A stretch of DNA of 64,000 bases from Eledone cirrhosa (Eukaryota): NCBI GenBank assembly GCA_964016885.1, contig OZ024743.1:87668001-87732000 (forward strand), read 5' to 3'. Under the pieces are notes generated by a model, which saw only the letters and a program-made list of their open reading frames with translations, had not been told where the DNA came from and searched no databases. Within the stretch, counting starts at the first letter, position 1. Each line of letters opens with the position of its first letter. This document shows positions 12,736 to 26,349 of this stretch, in pieces. Made by a program: the position numbers and the translations under genes.

Positions 12736-15700
12736 TTGAGAGTTGGCTGTTTGAACGCGCGTGGCCTGGGCTCAGCTTGGAAGCAAGCAAAGCTTCTAAG
12801 TGACCTCAGGTCACAAAGTATAGATGTGATGGTTGTTTGCGAGAGTCGGATCAGCAGCGTGAGACAGCTGGCGCCCGCCTTCGATGACTTTGAGATGCAC
12901 GCATCTCTCTGTCAACCCGGAGGCGGGGGGGGGGGGGTGCCGTACTGCTGGATAAACGTCTGACTCTCGACGTACAGATTGTTCACTCGGACCCGGGGGG
13001 TCGATTACTGGTGCTGGACGTCGGAGGCGGTGAAGGCGGGGCTTTCAGACTGGTCGGTCTTTATGCTCCCTTCGGGGCGGAAAGAGCCGACTTCTTCCAG
13101 CGTCTGGAGACTTTTCTAGGAACGTCGCGTTCCCTGCTTTTAGTGGGGGACTGGAATGGAATCCTAGATGCGCGTTGGTACTATGCAGGGGCATGTCCCG
13201 ATAGAGGGGGGTGTAGCAGCCTCAAGGGGTTACTCAATCGATTCGACCTGGTCGATAGATTTCGACTAGATTGTCCAACTGCGCCAACCTGGACCTGGGC
13301 AAACCGCAGTGGACAATCTAGATCGTACCTAGATAGGTTTTTGGTTAGGAGTAAGGATAGGGACGTATTTAGTTGTCCAGAACTGATCATGGTTGGCTAT
13401 TCAGATCACAAATTAGTGACCTGCGTGGTCAACCTTGATAGAACGCATAGACAGGGTCCCGGTTACTGGAAGATGAACTTGTCCTTACCGACAAAGAAAG
13501 ATTACAGAAACCGGATTAGTAGCTTAGTTAAGATGCGGTTGACGGGAGCGATCGTCAACAGTAGGTGGTGGGTATCTCTAAAGAGAGAGATTAGAGTAAG
13601 TTCGATAGGTTACAGTAAGGAACTAGCGGCGAATAGAAATAGGAAGGAAAGGGAGTTAACAGATAAACTAGAAGAGGCGATTAGGAGCGGAGACGTAGCC
13701 AGAGTGTTAGCGGCGAGAACGGCGTTGAGCCAGTTCTTTGACGCGAAGCACGAAGGCTGCGTTGTCCGAAGTAAAATACGTGCTTTAGGAAACGAGGGGA
13801 CCAAAGCTGTTAGCTGGGCCCGCGTGACAGAAGCCAAGAGTGGGATTAAATCCACCATTCGGTCTTTGCGAGACCAGGATGGACGGGTGATCCTTGAACC
13901 TGAGCGAATGTGCGAGGCCTTTCAAAGGCACTTTGCTCGACTGTTCGGAGGTGGCGGGGGGCCGGACGGGGATGTGGACTTCGGTCCATACCTCGACGGT
14001 CTACCGCGTCTTTCGAGCGGCGAAGCGGAGTGCTGCGAAAGGCCAATCACAGCCACTGAAATCGGGGAAGCGCTCAGCCAATGCAGCAGACGCAAATCCC
14101 CGGGTCTCGATGGTCTACCATACGAACTTTATTTAGCTATGACGGTCTTGTTCTCCGAACTCCTCGAGGCTGTCTATTGCAACTGGCAACAGAACGGGAG
14201 AATTCCCTGTTCTGTGACCAAGGGCGTGGTCACGCTAGTGAGGAAGGACGAGAGCAAGGGGGACGACTTAAGTAACTTTAGGCCCATAACTCTGCTGAAT
14301 GCAGAGTTACAGATTTTGGCCAAGGTGTTGGCGAAGAGGTTGGCGCTTGTGGTGGGTGGTTTGGTGGGAGACGCGCAGACATGCGCTATCCCGTCCAGGT
14401 CCATTCACGACAACCTCCACCTCATGCGATACATCATAGAGAGGGTTGGCTACGAACCCGGCTTTGGTGGGGCCCTGATCAACTTGGATCAATCTAAGGC
14501 GTTCGATAGGGTCGACCATGGTTACCTGGATGCGGTGCTAGCGGCGGCGGGCTTCGGACCCGTTTTCAGGGGCTGGATTTCTGCCATGCACAGTGGCAAC
14601 ATCTACTCTAGGATTAAAGTAAACGGCTACCTCTCGGAGCCGTTTCAAATCACCCGATCCATCAGACAGGGGTGCCCCCTCTCCTCCCTTCTGTACGTAT
14701 TGACTCTCGAGCCACTGCTGCGGAAGTTGGAGTTGCTGCGGGGCATACCCCTGGAACCGGGATTGCACAAAGCGGTCTCGGCCTATGCCGACGACGTAAC
14801 AGTAATGGTGGCGGACGCCTCGGAAATCGGGGCGATCGCCACCCTACTGGAGGAATACGAAAGGCTGACGGGGGCTAAGCTGAACCAGGATAAGTCAGTC
14901 GGTTTGCAACTCGGAACGTGGAGGGGCAAACCGATGCCGTTAGACGGTGTCGTCGGGCGGTGGACGGAGGGCCCGGTGAAGCTGCTCGGGGTCTGGTTCG
15001 GACCGGACCTCCAGGTGGAGAAGAATTGGGGCGAGGTGACGAGCAGGGTGTTTGCGCTGACCCAGAAGTGGGCCAAGTGCAAACTATCACTGAAAGGTCG
15101 GGCGGAGGTGACGAACGCTTACATAGCGTCCGTCATCTACTACCGCCTGACCGTCGTGCCTTGCCCCAAGGAAAAGCTCACCATCATGGAACGCATGCTC
15201 TTCCAGTTCCTCTGGAAGAAGCGGCCTCCCATGGTGAGGAGATCCATCTGCTGCCAGCACCCTTCGAAAGGAGGGCTGGGTATGCCGTGGCTGTTGATGC
15301 GTAGGCACGCATTGAGGCTACGGCATCTACAGGTATTCCTCAACGGTCAGCCGGTGTGGGCCCCGTTTGTGAGGCGAGCCTTCCCACAGCTCGTCTCGCT
15401 CACCGAACTGCAATCCTGGGTGAAGCAAAGACCGAGAAAACTGGGCAACTGGCACACCGAGTGTGCCCAGGCGCTCACGGCTATCTGGCAAGCGGACCCG
15501 ACTGTCAGTGGAGAATCCACCTCGACATTCTATAGAGGGTTGGTGGCTAGCAGGGGCGACGACACCCTTGGAGAGTCGCTAGGCATGGAGGAGGACGAAC
15601 TGGCCAGCCTGTTCGGTAGAACTTTCGGCCCGGGACCCATGGACAACTTCCAGAGGTCCCTAGCCTGGCAGTGTTACCGGGGGGCTCTGCCCGTTCGAGA

Positions 15701-16166
15701 AAAGCTCTACAGACACGGGCGCCCGGGCAGGGATCCCGCGAAAAAGATCTGTCCCAGATGCGTGCGCGACGAGGAAACCGTTGCGCATGCACTGGTACAC
15801 TGCCCGGGCGTTGCCGATCTGTGGGGCTACGTCGAACGACTGCTGTCGCGTGTGGCGCCGATTCGATTAACCGCCGAGTCTGTGGTGAACATCAAGCCGC
15901 CTCCTCCCTTCAGAAATGAAGCAGAGGCGGTCTTTCTGTGCGTAATAGCCATGATGAAAGAGGTTGTGTGGTGGACGCGCCTGAAAGGTCTGAGGTCGGG
16001 TGACTTTCTCTCCGGCCATCACCTGGTTTACTTCTTCCGATACCACTTCGGAAGAAGGATCAGGATGGAGAGAGAAGTGCTTGGTCCCAGACAGTTTTAT
16101 GAAAGGTGGGTGAAAGAAGCGAGAATGGCCCGTGTAAATGGGCCTTCTCTCTACATTGTTCTGTAG
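12736..16166 (+). CDS. LINE ORF2 (APE endonuclease, reverse transcriptase, zinc finger), frameshifted near the G13 run at 12925-12939
   Basis: LNARGL, GDWN, YLDRF and SDH (APE); SPGLDG, FRPITLLN, KAFDRV, RQGCPLS and YADD (RT); CPRC...H...C at the C-terminus. Confidence 0.92.
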
Positions 16167-16406
16167 GTGAAGAAGTGAAGAGGAAAGGGGGAGCGCCTCC
16201 TCTCTGGGCTTCCCCCGCGAAAAGAGTTGCACACTTTTCGGGGGTATGTGCAATCCCCAACACGCCCCCTCCCTTTTGAGGACTTTTTATTGTTATATTA
16301 TTATTGTTATTCCTTTTTTCTTTACTCGATTTATGTAAACTCCCCCACTGTGTAAATGTCCCCTTCTTTTGTTCCCTCGTGGCAAATAAATAAAAATTTA
16401 TCTATC

Positions 16407-16462
<56 letters not shown>

Positions 16463-16550
16463 GTAGAAGTTATATTTAATTTGTTGGGATACAACAAGCA
16501 AATATTTTTATAACTGATATAAAGCACTCAACAAATTTTTGGAGTAAAAA

Positions 16551-17077
16551 TACAATATATTAACAAATGGAAACTATATTTATAAAACCATATTTATTTC
16601 ATTATACATATTTCAAGGACACCAAAGCAAATTATGGTGCGCTTTCATCAGATAAAATATAATATAGATCAGTTTTATAAATAAATATTGACATACCTTT
16701 AAAGAATGCGACCATGTCGGTTGGAAGCTCCCGGTTTAGGGTTTTCTCTCTTTCTTTTGTTTTCCTTCTTTGGGTTTGTTCTTTCTTTTTCTTTTCCTTT
16801 TTTCCCTATTCCAACGGCTTAATTTAAATGTACGGGATTTAAACCTCTCCGACACTAATTTGTATAAGAGACCAATAATAAAATTAGTAACCCCACTATC
16901 CGGGAGCTTCCAACCGACATGGTCGCATTCTTTAAGGGTATGTCAATATTTGTTTATAAAACTGATCTATATTATATTTTATCTGATGAAAGCGCACCAT
17001 AATTTGCTTTGGTGTCCTTGAAATATGTATAATGAAATAAATATGGTTTTATAAATATAGTTTCCATTTGTTAATAT

Positions 17078-17083
<6 letters not shown>
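16551..17083. mobile_element. Fold-back Penelope-like pseudo-LTR element with a hammerhead motif in each arm
   Basis: 184-bp inverted repeats at 16551-16734 and 16900-17083. Confidence 0.75.
16975..17039 (+). ncRNA. Type I hammerhead ribozyme motif (other copies at ~16595-16659 on minus and ~38280-38345 on plus)
   Basis: TATTTTAT-CTGATGA-stem II AAGCGCACCA/TGGTGTCCTT-GAAAT ATGT ATA-ATGAAATA; stems I and II pair. Confidence 0.7.
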
Positions 17084-18337
<1,254 letters not shown>

Positions 18338-18535
18338 TGAGGGTTTAAATTGATATCCAATGATTTCGCTCTTCTTTACAATTTGCTCAACAAGTTTATC
18401 TAGAGTACACGCATAGGATTAATTGTAAGACAACATTCCCAGCCAGAAGCCTAAGCTATGAAAATAATGTAATTATTGTTTCGACAGATTAACATATAAA
18501 ATATGTATGTATGTATGCATGCATGTATGTATGTA

Positions 18536-18574
<39 letters not shown>

Positions 18575-18599
18575 ATGTACGTATGTAAATATATATATA

Positions 18600-18713
18600 T
18601 TAATGTTTTGACATAACTCCACACTACGAACGTTTTCTCAAATGCACCTGGTGATTTAGACGTGTTTTCGTATTGAAACCGCTGGTAGTGTGGAGTTATG
18701 TCAAAGTGTTAAT
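18600..18713. mobile_element. Small fold-back element with a decayed hammerhead motif
   Basis: 20-bp arms TTGACATAACTCCACACTAC / GTAGTGTGGAGTTATGTCAA around CTGGTGA...GAAACCGCTGGTA. Confidence 0.5.
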
Positions 18714-19265
18714 TATTCGATATCGAACTGATTCACCTGCAAGTCTTTCATTCTCTCTATATATCTCGACAATGGTGCAGCATTTCTTTTACCCTTATTT
18801 TTAAAAGAAAACATGGTTGAGGAAACGCATTGAAGCTGTCTTTGCACACACCGGTATAGTTTTTCTTCATTTTTACTGTGCTCGCTAAACATTTTGTTTT
18901 GGCTCTATATATAACTCCTTTGCTTAGGCAATTGCCATAATATAGATATTTCCCTTAGTTCTAAGTTCTACTATTATATCCGAGTTCATAGGAGTTGTTC
19001 TAGATGACCATTTATAACTAGATGGTTATAACCCCACCAGTATTTTTTGAGCAGCTGTAACTAACTTCTATGTCGTTCTTATTAAATAATTTTTATACTT
19101 ACACTTCGTTGGGAAGTGACTCCTGACTAAAATTAGTTACTAGATTCTTATTAAAAACCGGGTTAAATCAGATGACGTTAAGGTTTCTGTGCTTGCGTAT
19201 TTTTCTTTAAACACACTTCTTTTTGGTGTAGAATTGTGAAATTTGATAACTTTTTAAAGTGGCCC

Positions 19266-19659
19266 TACTCTCGGGTTCCAAATAATAGGGGTGGGGTGAA
19301 ATAAACAGGAGTGGGGTAGAAAATCGGTAATTTTTCCAGGTTGTTTCCGTTGATTTTTTTTTTAAACCTGAATTAATCATTTAGTTTACATATTGAGACC
19401 CCAACCCATTCTATTTATTTTATAACGTATGAGATTTCTTGTAATATTCTTTTTTTTTTTTTTGTCATGTATACGGTTTTTTAATGTCTAACGAAAATCA
19501 ATTGTCGCAGGAATGCTACCACTTAAAATAAAATTTCGCCAGAGATAGATTAGCAAAATTTAACAAGCGGGGTTTGGAATACGACCTAGGGATGGGGGAG
19601 GGGTCTGAAAATATAATAAGCGGGGTGTGTGGGGGACGATTATTCTAGACCCGAGAGTA
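19266..19659. mobile_element. MITE with TACTCTCGGGT termini (probably TA-duplicating)
   Basis: TACTCTCGGGTTCCAAATAAT vs reverse complement TACTCTCGGGTCTAGAATAAT; internal AATAA...GGGG subrepeats. Confidence 0.7.
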
Positions 19660-19903
19660 TCTGGAAATATGTTGATAGCGGCCCTATCTGAGGAATGCTT
19701 ATATTACTAACTATTTTTTGTTATATAATGGAAGGATGGTGAAGTCATTCTTAATGATCATTACGTTCTTCTTGGTCTTTTTACATAGTTTGGTATTTAT
19801 CCATGTTTAGGTCTGACGGAATGTCTAAAAATATTAACTTTTCTAAGATTGGTGGTGATTGTAATTTTTTGGCAGATCCCCTTAAAACTGATGATTATCT
19901 TTA

Positions 19904-20098
19904 CAGACCTGTCAACTCTCCCCCTCCAACTGGGAGATCTCCCCGTTTCGGCTCATTTCTCACTGTCTCCCCGTTTTTGTGAAAATGGATATAGTTTTCA
20001 TTATGTAAAATCTCCCATTTTTGCCTCATTTCTCCCCATTTTAAGGCACTTTTTTTCATGATACTCCCCGTTTGGGTTTTTAGAGGTTGGCAGGTCTG
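19904..20098. mobile_element. hAT-like MITE
   Basis: TIRs CAGACCTGTCAAC / GTTGGCAGGTCTG with internal CTCCCC repeats. The TSD is not clean. A lone matching end lies at ~25340-25354. Confidence 0.65.
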
Positions 20099-20770
20099 AA
20101 TTTACCTTATATCTCTCCACTGAGTGGGCCTTGTAGCCTCACGTTATAGAAATAGATGCATGCTAAATAGATACACAAACATTTTTTATTCTAAGGGTGT
20201 CAAGGAAAGAAGGTATGTTTTTCTGGCATTGCTCTAAAGAAAGAAGGGTAGGATTTAGAGCAAGGGTGTTGGCATATAGTAGCAGAATCTACGGGGGGAA
20301 ACGAAGCATTTTATGTGCAAGGATAAAAAAAGTAATTAAGAGATTTTACTGTCAATGGTTTTGAGGTGTCAACAGATGTATTAAAGTTTATAGTGAGAGA
20401 ATAGATGAATGGTAAAATGCCCGGATACAGAGAGGGATAGGATAGAACGAGGATATATAGACATAAATAGAGAGAGGGGGAGGGAGAAAGAGGAGGAGAA
20501 AGAAAGAAAATAAAGAGAAAAGCAACAACGAAAGAGGGAAAGAAGGAAGAAAAAGCCAGAGTGTGGCGGATGTTATGTATGCTGCACACAACCAGCTCAG
20601 CCTGCACATCTCTGCAACAATAGATGCAAGAGTATTGTGCAGCAACTTAATTAAAAACTGCACATAAAGTGCCATTGTGCTCTAGGTGCAGCAGAGAGGG
20701 GGGGGAGAAGAAGAAGAAGAAGAAGAAGGGAATTTATTCTGTTGGATGTGTTGTTTGATCTATGTTCAAT

Positions 20771-20861
<91 letters not shown>

Positions 20862-20900
20862 AATACTGTTGGCTTCTTGCTCACAATAATTTCTATACTT

Positions 20901-21000
<100 letters not shown>

Positions 21001-21075
21001 TATAGATATATATATATAAATATATACATATATATACATATATATATGTGTGCGTATATATATATATATATACAT

Positions 21076-21131
<56 letters not shown>

Positions 21132-21168
21132 GTATATATATATGTGTATGTATGTATGTATATATATA

Positions 21169-21215
<47 letters not shown>

Positions 21216-21244
21216 GAGAAATGAAATTTCGTTTCATTTTTCCA

Positions 21245-21323
<79 letters not shown>

Positions 21324-21484
21324 TGAATGACATAATTGAGTTTAAATTGAAGCAAACAATAGAAAATATTATAAATGGAATTTCACAATAGTTCAATGTT
21401 GGCGACTTGCGTAGATTTGTTGTAAATATATTGAGGAAAATGTAAACATGCTCCGTCAGGCATCTAAACTTTACTCACATAGAC

Positions 21485-21633
21485 ATGGAGGCACTCCGTC
21501 GGTTACGACGACGAGTGCTCCAGTTGATCCAATCAATGGAACAGCCTGCTCGTGAAATTGACTTACAAGTGGCTGAACATTCCACAGACATGCGTACCCT
21601 TAACATAGTTCTCAGGGAGATTCAGCCTGACAC
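21485..21633 (+). mobile_element. Interspersed SINE-like repeat fragment (related pieces at ~35385-35440 and ~56410-56510 on minus)
   Basis: Shared CCTGCTCGTGAAATT...CATTCCACAGACA...GTACCCTTAAC...GAGATTCAGC sequence. Confidence 0.6.
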
Positions 21634-21672
21634 ACACATACAAATATACTCATATACATACACACAGAAATC

Positions 21673-22080
21673 TGTACACACAGACATATGTACACACAAA
21701 CGTACACACATACATACACACAGACATATGTACACACAAACGTACACACATACATACACACAGACATATGTACACACAAACGTACACACATACATACACA
21801 CAGACATATGTACACACGAACGTACACACATACATACACACAGACATATGTACACACAAACGTACACACATACATACACACAGACATATGTACACACAAA
21901 CGTACACACATACATACACACAGACAGATCTACACACAAACGTACACACATACATACACACAGACATATGTACGCGCAAACATACTCATACACACACACA
22001 CAAACATGTACACACAAACATACACATATACATACGCACAGACATATGTACACGCAAACATACTCATATATATACACACA
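21673..22080. repeat. 40-bp CA-derived minisatellite
   Basis: CAGACATATGTACACACAAACGTACACACATACATACACA repeated. Confidence 0.9.
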
Positions 22081-22222
22081 TACATGCCCGTCGCCTCAAT
22101 CTTTCTCCTGGTGAAGGAGTAGCATCTGAAACGTTAACACTCTCTTCCTGCTATTGCATATATTGTACCATTTGTGTTGTTATTTCTGTTTACCTTTTAC
22201 ACACACACATATATACATATAT

Positions 22223-22276
<54 letters not shown>

Positions 22277-22829
22277 TATATATATATATATATAGATATA
22301 TATACACACATATATACATATATAAGAGATATGTACGAATGAAAGAGAAAAGTACTCAATGCATTTCGTAGAGTTTATATTTATTTGTTTGAATAAAGTG
22401 TGTGATTCAGAATCACATTATTTAGTTTCGTGTAAGAAAATATTCTCCTGATTGTTCAGATGCTTCGCTTTGGTTGAGAAATTTTTCACATCTTCTAAAT
22501 ATGGCTGATTATGAAGATATGTGTATTTCTGATGTATTGTTGGACAATGTTGGGAACGATGTTGTCTAAACAAGAGTAATTTACCATAACATTACATTTA
22601 CCATAACATTACATACGGCGGCGCGGTGGTGGTGGAGGCGGCGGTGTTGGTGTGATCGTGGTGGTGATGGTGGTGGTGGTGGTGGTCGTCGTCGTCGTCG
22701 TCGTTGTGGCGGTGGTGGTGGTGGTGGTGGTGGTGTTGGTGGTGGTACGAGAGTAAATGATGAAAGCGAGTTCAAATATAAACAGCATCAATAGGTGATT
22801 TGTTAACAAAAATGATGCGATTTTGTTTC

Positions 22830-23166
22830 AAAGATGCCTGTATGGTCCTGTAACTCCCGAGGGAGTCATAGGGGCACCGTATTGACATACGGTATTTCTA
22901 GGGTATTTTAAACCTAGCGGAGCCTCATCCTCTCTAGGTCTGAATACAACAGATTTCTTCTAGAGAGAGTGAAAGAATAGAAGTGAGAAAAAGATATAGA
23001 GGAAGAATCAACCCCAGTACTAGACTGGTACCTTTTTTTATTGACCTTGAATAGATGAAAAACAAAGTTGACCTCCGCGGGATTTGAACTGAGAGAGCAG
23101 AGAGCCGAAACGAATACTACAAAGCATTCTCTCCAACGTTCTAACGACACTGCCAATTACCCGCCT
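22830..23166 (-). mobile_element. tRNA-derived SINE with an extended 3' region
   Basis: B-box head at ~23075-23166; the 3' region is homologous to 36290-36470. Confidence 0.7.
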
Positions 23167-23641
23167 GTCTCAAAAATGATTGAACCCCAAATTTGATGTG
23201 ATCGTGTCTCAACAATAATTGGTCCCAGAAAGAGGCATGATCGATCGTGTCTCACAGTTAGCTAATTGGCTACCAAGAATGGCGTGACTTTCTCTCAATG
23301 TTCATTGGCTATTGAACAGGAAATAACAAAATATATATTTACTACAGTAGATTTATATCAGCTTTGCTATATAATTATTATATTTAGTTTTAGTTTGATC
23401 AAATTAGAAATGTTTAAAACAGTAAAGACTAGAGAATAATGAAATATCCTTTGAAGATTGCTACAACATTAATTGTGGACAGCAAAGAAGCATAAGGTCA
23501 ACCACCAATAGCTACGTAAAAATGTAGCCAGAATTTTAGCCACTAGTGTATATAATATATTCATGGAGGTATCATATATATACATGGCAGTATTTTATAT
23601 ATACATAGTAACATTGTATGTATATATATATACATGATAAT

Positions 23642-23672
<31 letters not shown>

Positions 23673-23710
23673 TAGGATTGGTGCTCTGAAATAGCGATGA
23701 ATACATGAAT

Positions 23711-23948
23711 GTATGTATAGTATATCTGGAAATATACCGTATGTTTAATTAAAAACATTTAGAAGACCATACGCTATCAATTGTGGCTCTGATGAACGCC
23801 AACCAGCGTGAAACAGACTGTCAGCTTCTCTCCCTTCTTTCGCCCAAAAGATGTAAGTAACATAGGCACTACTTTAAAACTGTTAGCGTATGGTCTTCTA
23901 AATCTTTTTAATTAAATATACGGTATATTGCCAAATATACTATACATA
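23711..23948. mobile_element. Fold-back element with a hammerhead in its loop
   Basis: ~65-bp inverted arms at 23711-23776 and 23884-23948. Confidence 0.7.
23785..23826 (+). ncRNA. Minimal type I hammerhead ribozyme with canonical core
   Basis: GGCT-CTGATGA-ACGC CAACCA GCGT-GAAAC AGACT GTC-AGCT; all three stems pair and the cleavage triplet is GUC. Confidence 0.8.
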
Positions 23949-24042
23949 CATTTATATATATATATATATGATAGCATTGTGTAAATATACATGGTTGTAT
24001 TGTATATATACGTGATAATATTGTGTATATACATGGTAATAT

Positions 24043-24106
<64 letters not shown>

Positions 24107-24142
24107 GGTTATATTTAATTTGTTGGGATTCAACAAGCTTAA

Positions 24143-24226
<84 letters not shown>

Positions 24227-24263
24227 GGTTATATTTAATTTGTTGGGATTCAACAAGCTTAAC

Positions 24264-24307
<44 letters not shown>

Positions 24308-24384
24308 TAACTATTTACGGTCTAGCTAATTTATTGTAGTATTGCTAGTATTGTTAGTATTGTTATTATTGTTCTGATTGAATG

Positions 24385-24770
24385 CCACTACTATATATAG
24401 AAGCCATGCCTGTGTATTCCCTTCATTCTCGCACGCTCTGATGAATTGACTGGTTATAACAAAGTATTGGTGATCGATTGACGCAAAAACAGGCGGGTAG
24501 CGATCTCTAGACCTACCAGTTCAGAGAAACAATTGTCAGCAATGTGAATAAAGCTCTTATTGTATAGCAAACCATGTCACTCTTCTTTCTTGATTTATTA
24601 TTACTCCAAGTGTAAACTACATAGAAATCACCGCGTACTCGCAGCATCACTATGGAAACGTCTTGTTGAGTCAAACTTAGCCAAGCGTTAATACTATCCA
24701 CTACTCGGAGTACCCTAACTGGACTACATCTAAGTGGACTACCTATAACAATAATTTGTTATCCCGTATA
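24385..24770 (+). mobile_element. Solo Penelope-like pseudo-LTR with an extended-stem-II hammerhead (core 24438-24537)
   Basis: GCT-CTGATGA-81 nt-GAAAC AATT GTC-AGC; homologous to 30976-31445 and 47145-47508. Confidence 0.7.
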
Positions 24771-24862
24771 TATATATATAGTAATAATGTTATATAAATG
24801 ATAATATTGTATATACACATGGAGCTACTACATATATACATGGTAGTGTTGTATGGTAATAT

Positions 24863-24909
<47 letters not shown>

Positions 24910-24930
24910 GGTAGTGTTGTATGGTAATAT

Positions 24931-24973
<43 letters not shown>

Positions 24974-25031
24974 GGTAGTGTTGTATGGTAATATATATAC
25001 ATATATACATGGTAGTGTTGTATGGTAATAT

Positions 25032-25071
<40 letters not shown>

Positions 25072-25104
25072 ATATTACCATACAACATGGTATGTATGGG
25101 TGAA

Positions 25105-25300
25105 TGCTAGTCTTCCACAAACAAACTTGTGCCTCGGATTAAATCGACTTTCCCCCCTCTCCTCAAGTTACTGGTACTTTATTTTAGGATGAAAGATAAA
25201 GCTAACCTCGGCAGGATTTGAACTAAGATCATAAAGAGCCGTAACTATATGCCGCAAAGCATGTTGCCCAACGATTTACTGATACTGCACAATCCAGTAT
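25105..25300 (-). mobile_element. tRNA-derived SINE (diverged)
   Basis: CTGGTACTTTATTTT...AACCTCGGCAGGATTTGAACT. Confidence 0.7.
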
Positions 25301-25764
25301 ATATACATGGTAATATTCTATGTATACACGATAGTTTTAGAGGTTAGCAGGTCTGTTGTCATTTTATTTTTCGGTGGCTGACGAATTCTAGCTTGAATCA
25401 AATTTTGCATGAAACTCTACAGTTCTGCACGTAACTCGCCGCTGCTTTTTATCCAGTGTCAAAAACTGGAAGAGAAACTCTACAATAATGTGTTGCATGT
25501 TCAGACATTTCTGTGAGAATCTTTTGGCAGATTCTACAAGTATAAGTTATCCCAATCATATGAACGACCTGATATGTTGTGCAGGAAACGTTTTCCATAT
25601 TTTATGGCGGTTTTACTAGTGGATTGTTTCGTCTTGAATCGATAGCCGATCGGCGTTGGAACGTGCATGCCGCTCAGAATTCTGTGCTCGATATAAAGAA
25701 CGTTTGGCATAAATCTTGACGCAATATTTCCAACGTTTCTGTAGCATGTAGCAGTTATATATAA

Positions 25765-25855
<91 letters not shown>

Positions 25856-25984
25856 GAGAGAGAGGGGGGAGATGACAGAGAGAGAGGTTGAGAGAGGACA
25901 GAGAGAGAACGAAATTAGAGGCTTTATGATGATGATGCCATTACACATAGCCATTAACACAGAATGATTATTTTGCCTTATTTC

Positions 25985-26170
25985 TGCCCATTGGCAGTAT
26001 CGGTAGAAGGTTGGACGCCATGCTTTGACGCATAGAGTTACGGCCCTTGCCATTCTGAGTTCAAATACCGCCGAGGTTAACTTTGCCTTTCATCCTTACG
26101 GGGTCGATAAAATAAAGTACCAGTAATGTACTGGGTAATTGCTGGCCTTGTGCCTAAAGTAGAAACAATT
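25985..26170 (+). mobile_element. tRNA-derived SINE
   Basis: TGGCAGTATCGG (A box), GAGTTCAAAT (B box) and the GCCTTTCATCCTTACGGGGTCGATAAAA body. Confidence 0.85.
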
Positions 26171-26349
26171 ATTAACAACAACAGCAATAAACACCAATAG
26201 CAGTAACAATAACAACAGTAGCAGCATCAACAACAATAATGACTTTCAGTTACTGAAGAGATCGTCTGCTTCTATTTTGGGAAACATTGATTGACAAAGA
26301 TTTCGTAAGAATCTCATCAATTCTCTTGTGTCGAAGACAACAGTAGTTA

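Larger units (their letters stand above)
10830..16399 (+). mobile_element. Near full-length Tx1/L1-clade non-LTR retrotransposon
   Basis: 5' UTR, ORF1 with a CCHC knuckle, ORF2 with APE-RT-zinc finger, 3' UTR with AATAAA, and (TATC)n on both sides. Confidence 0.93.
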
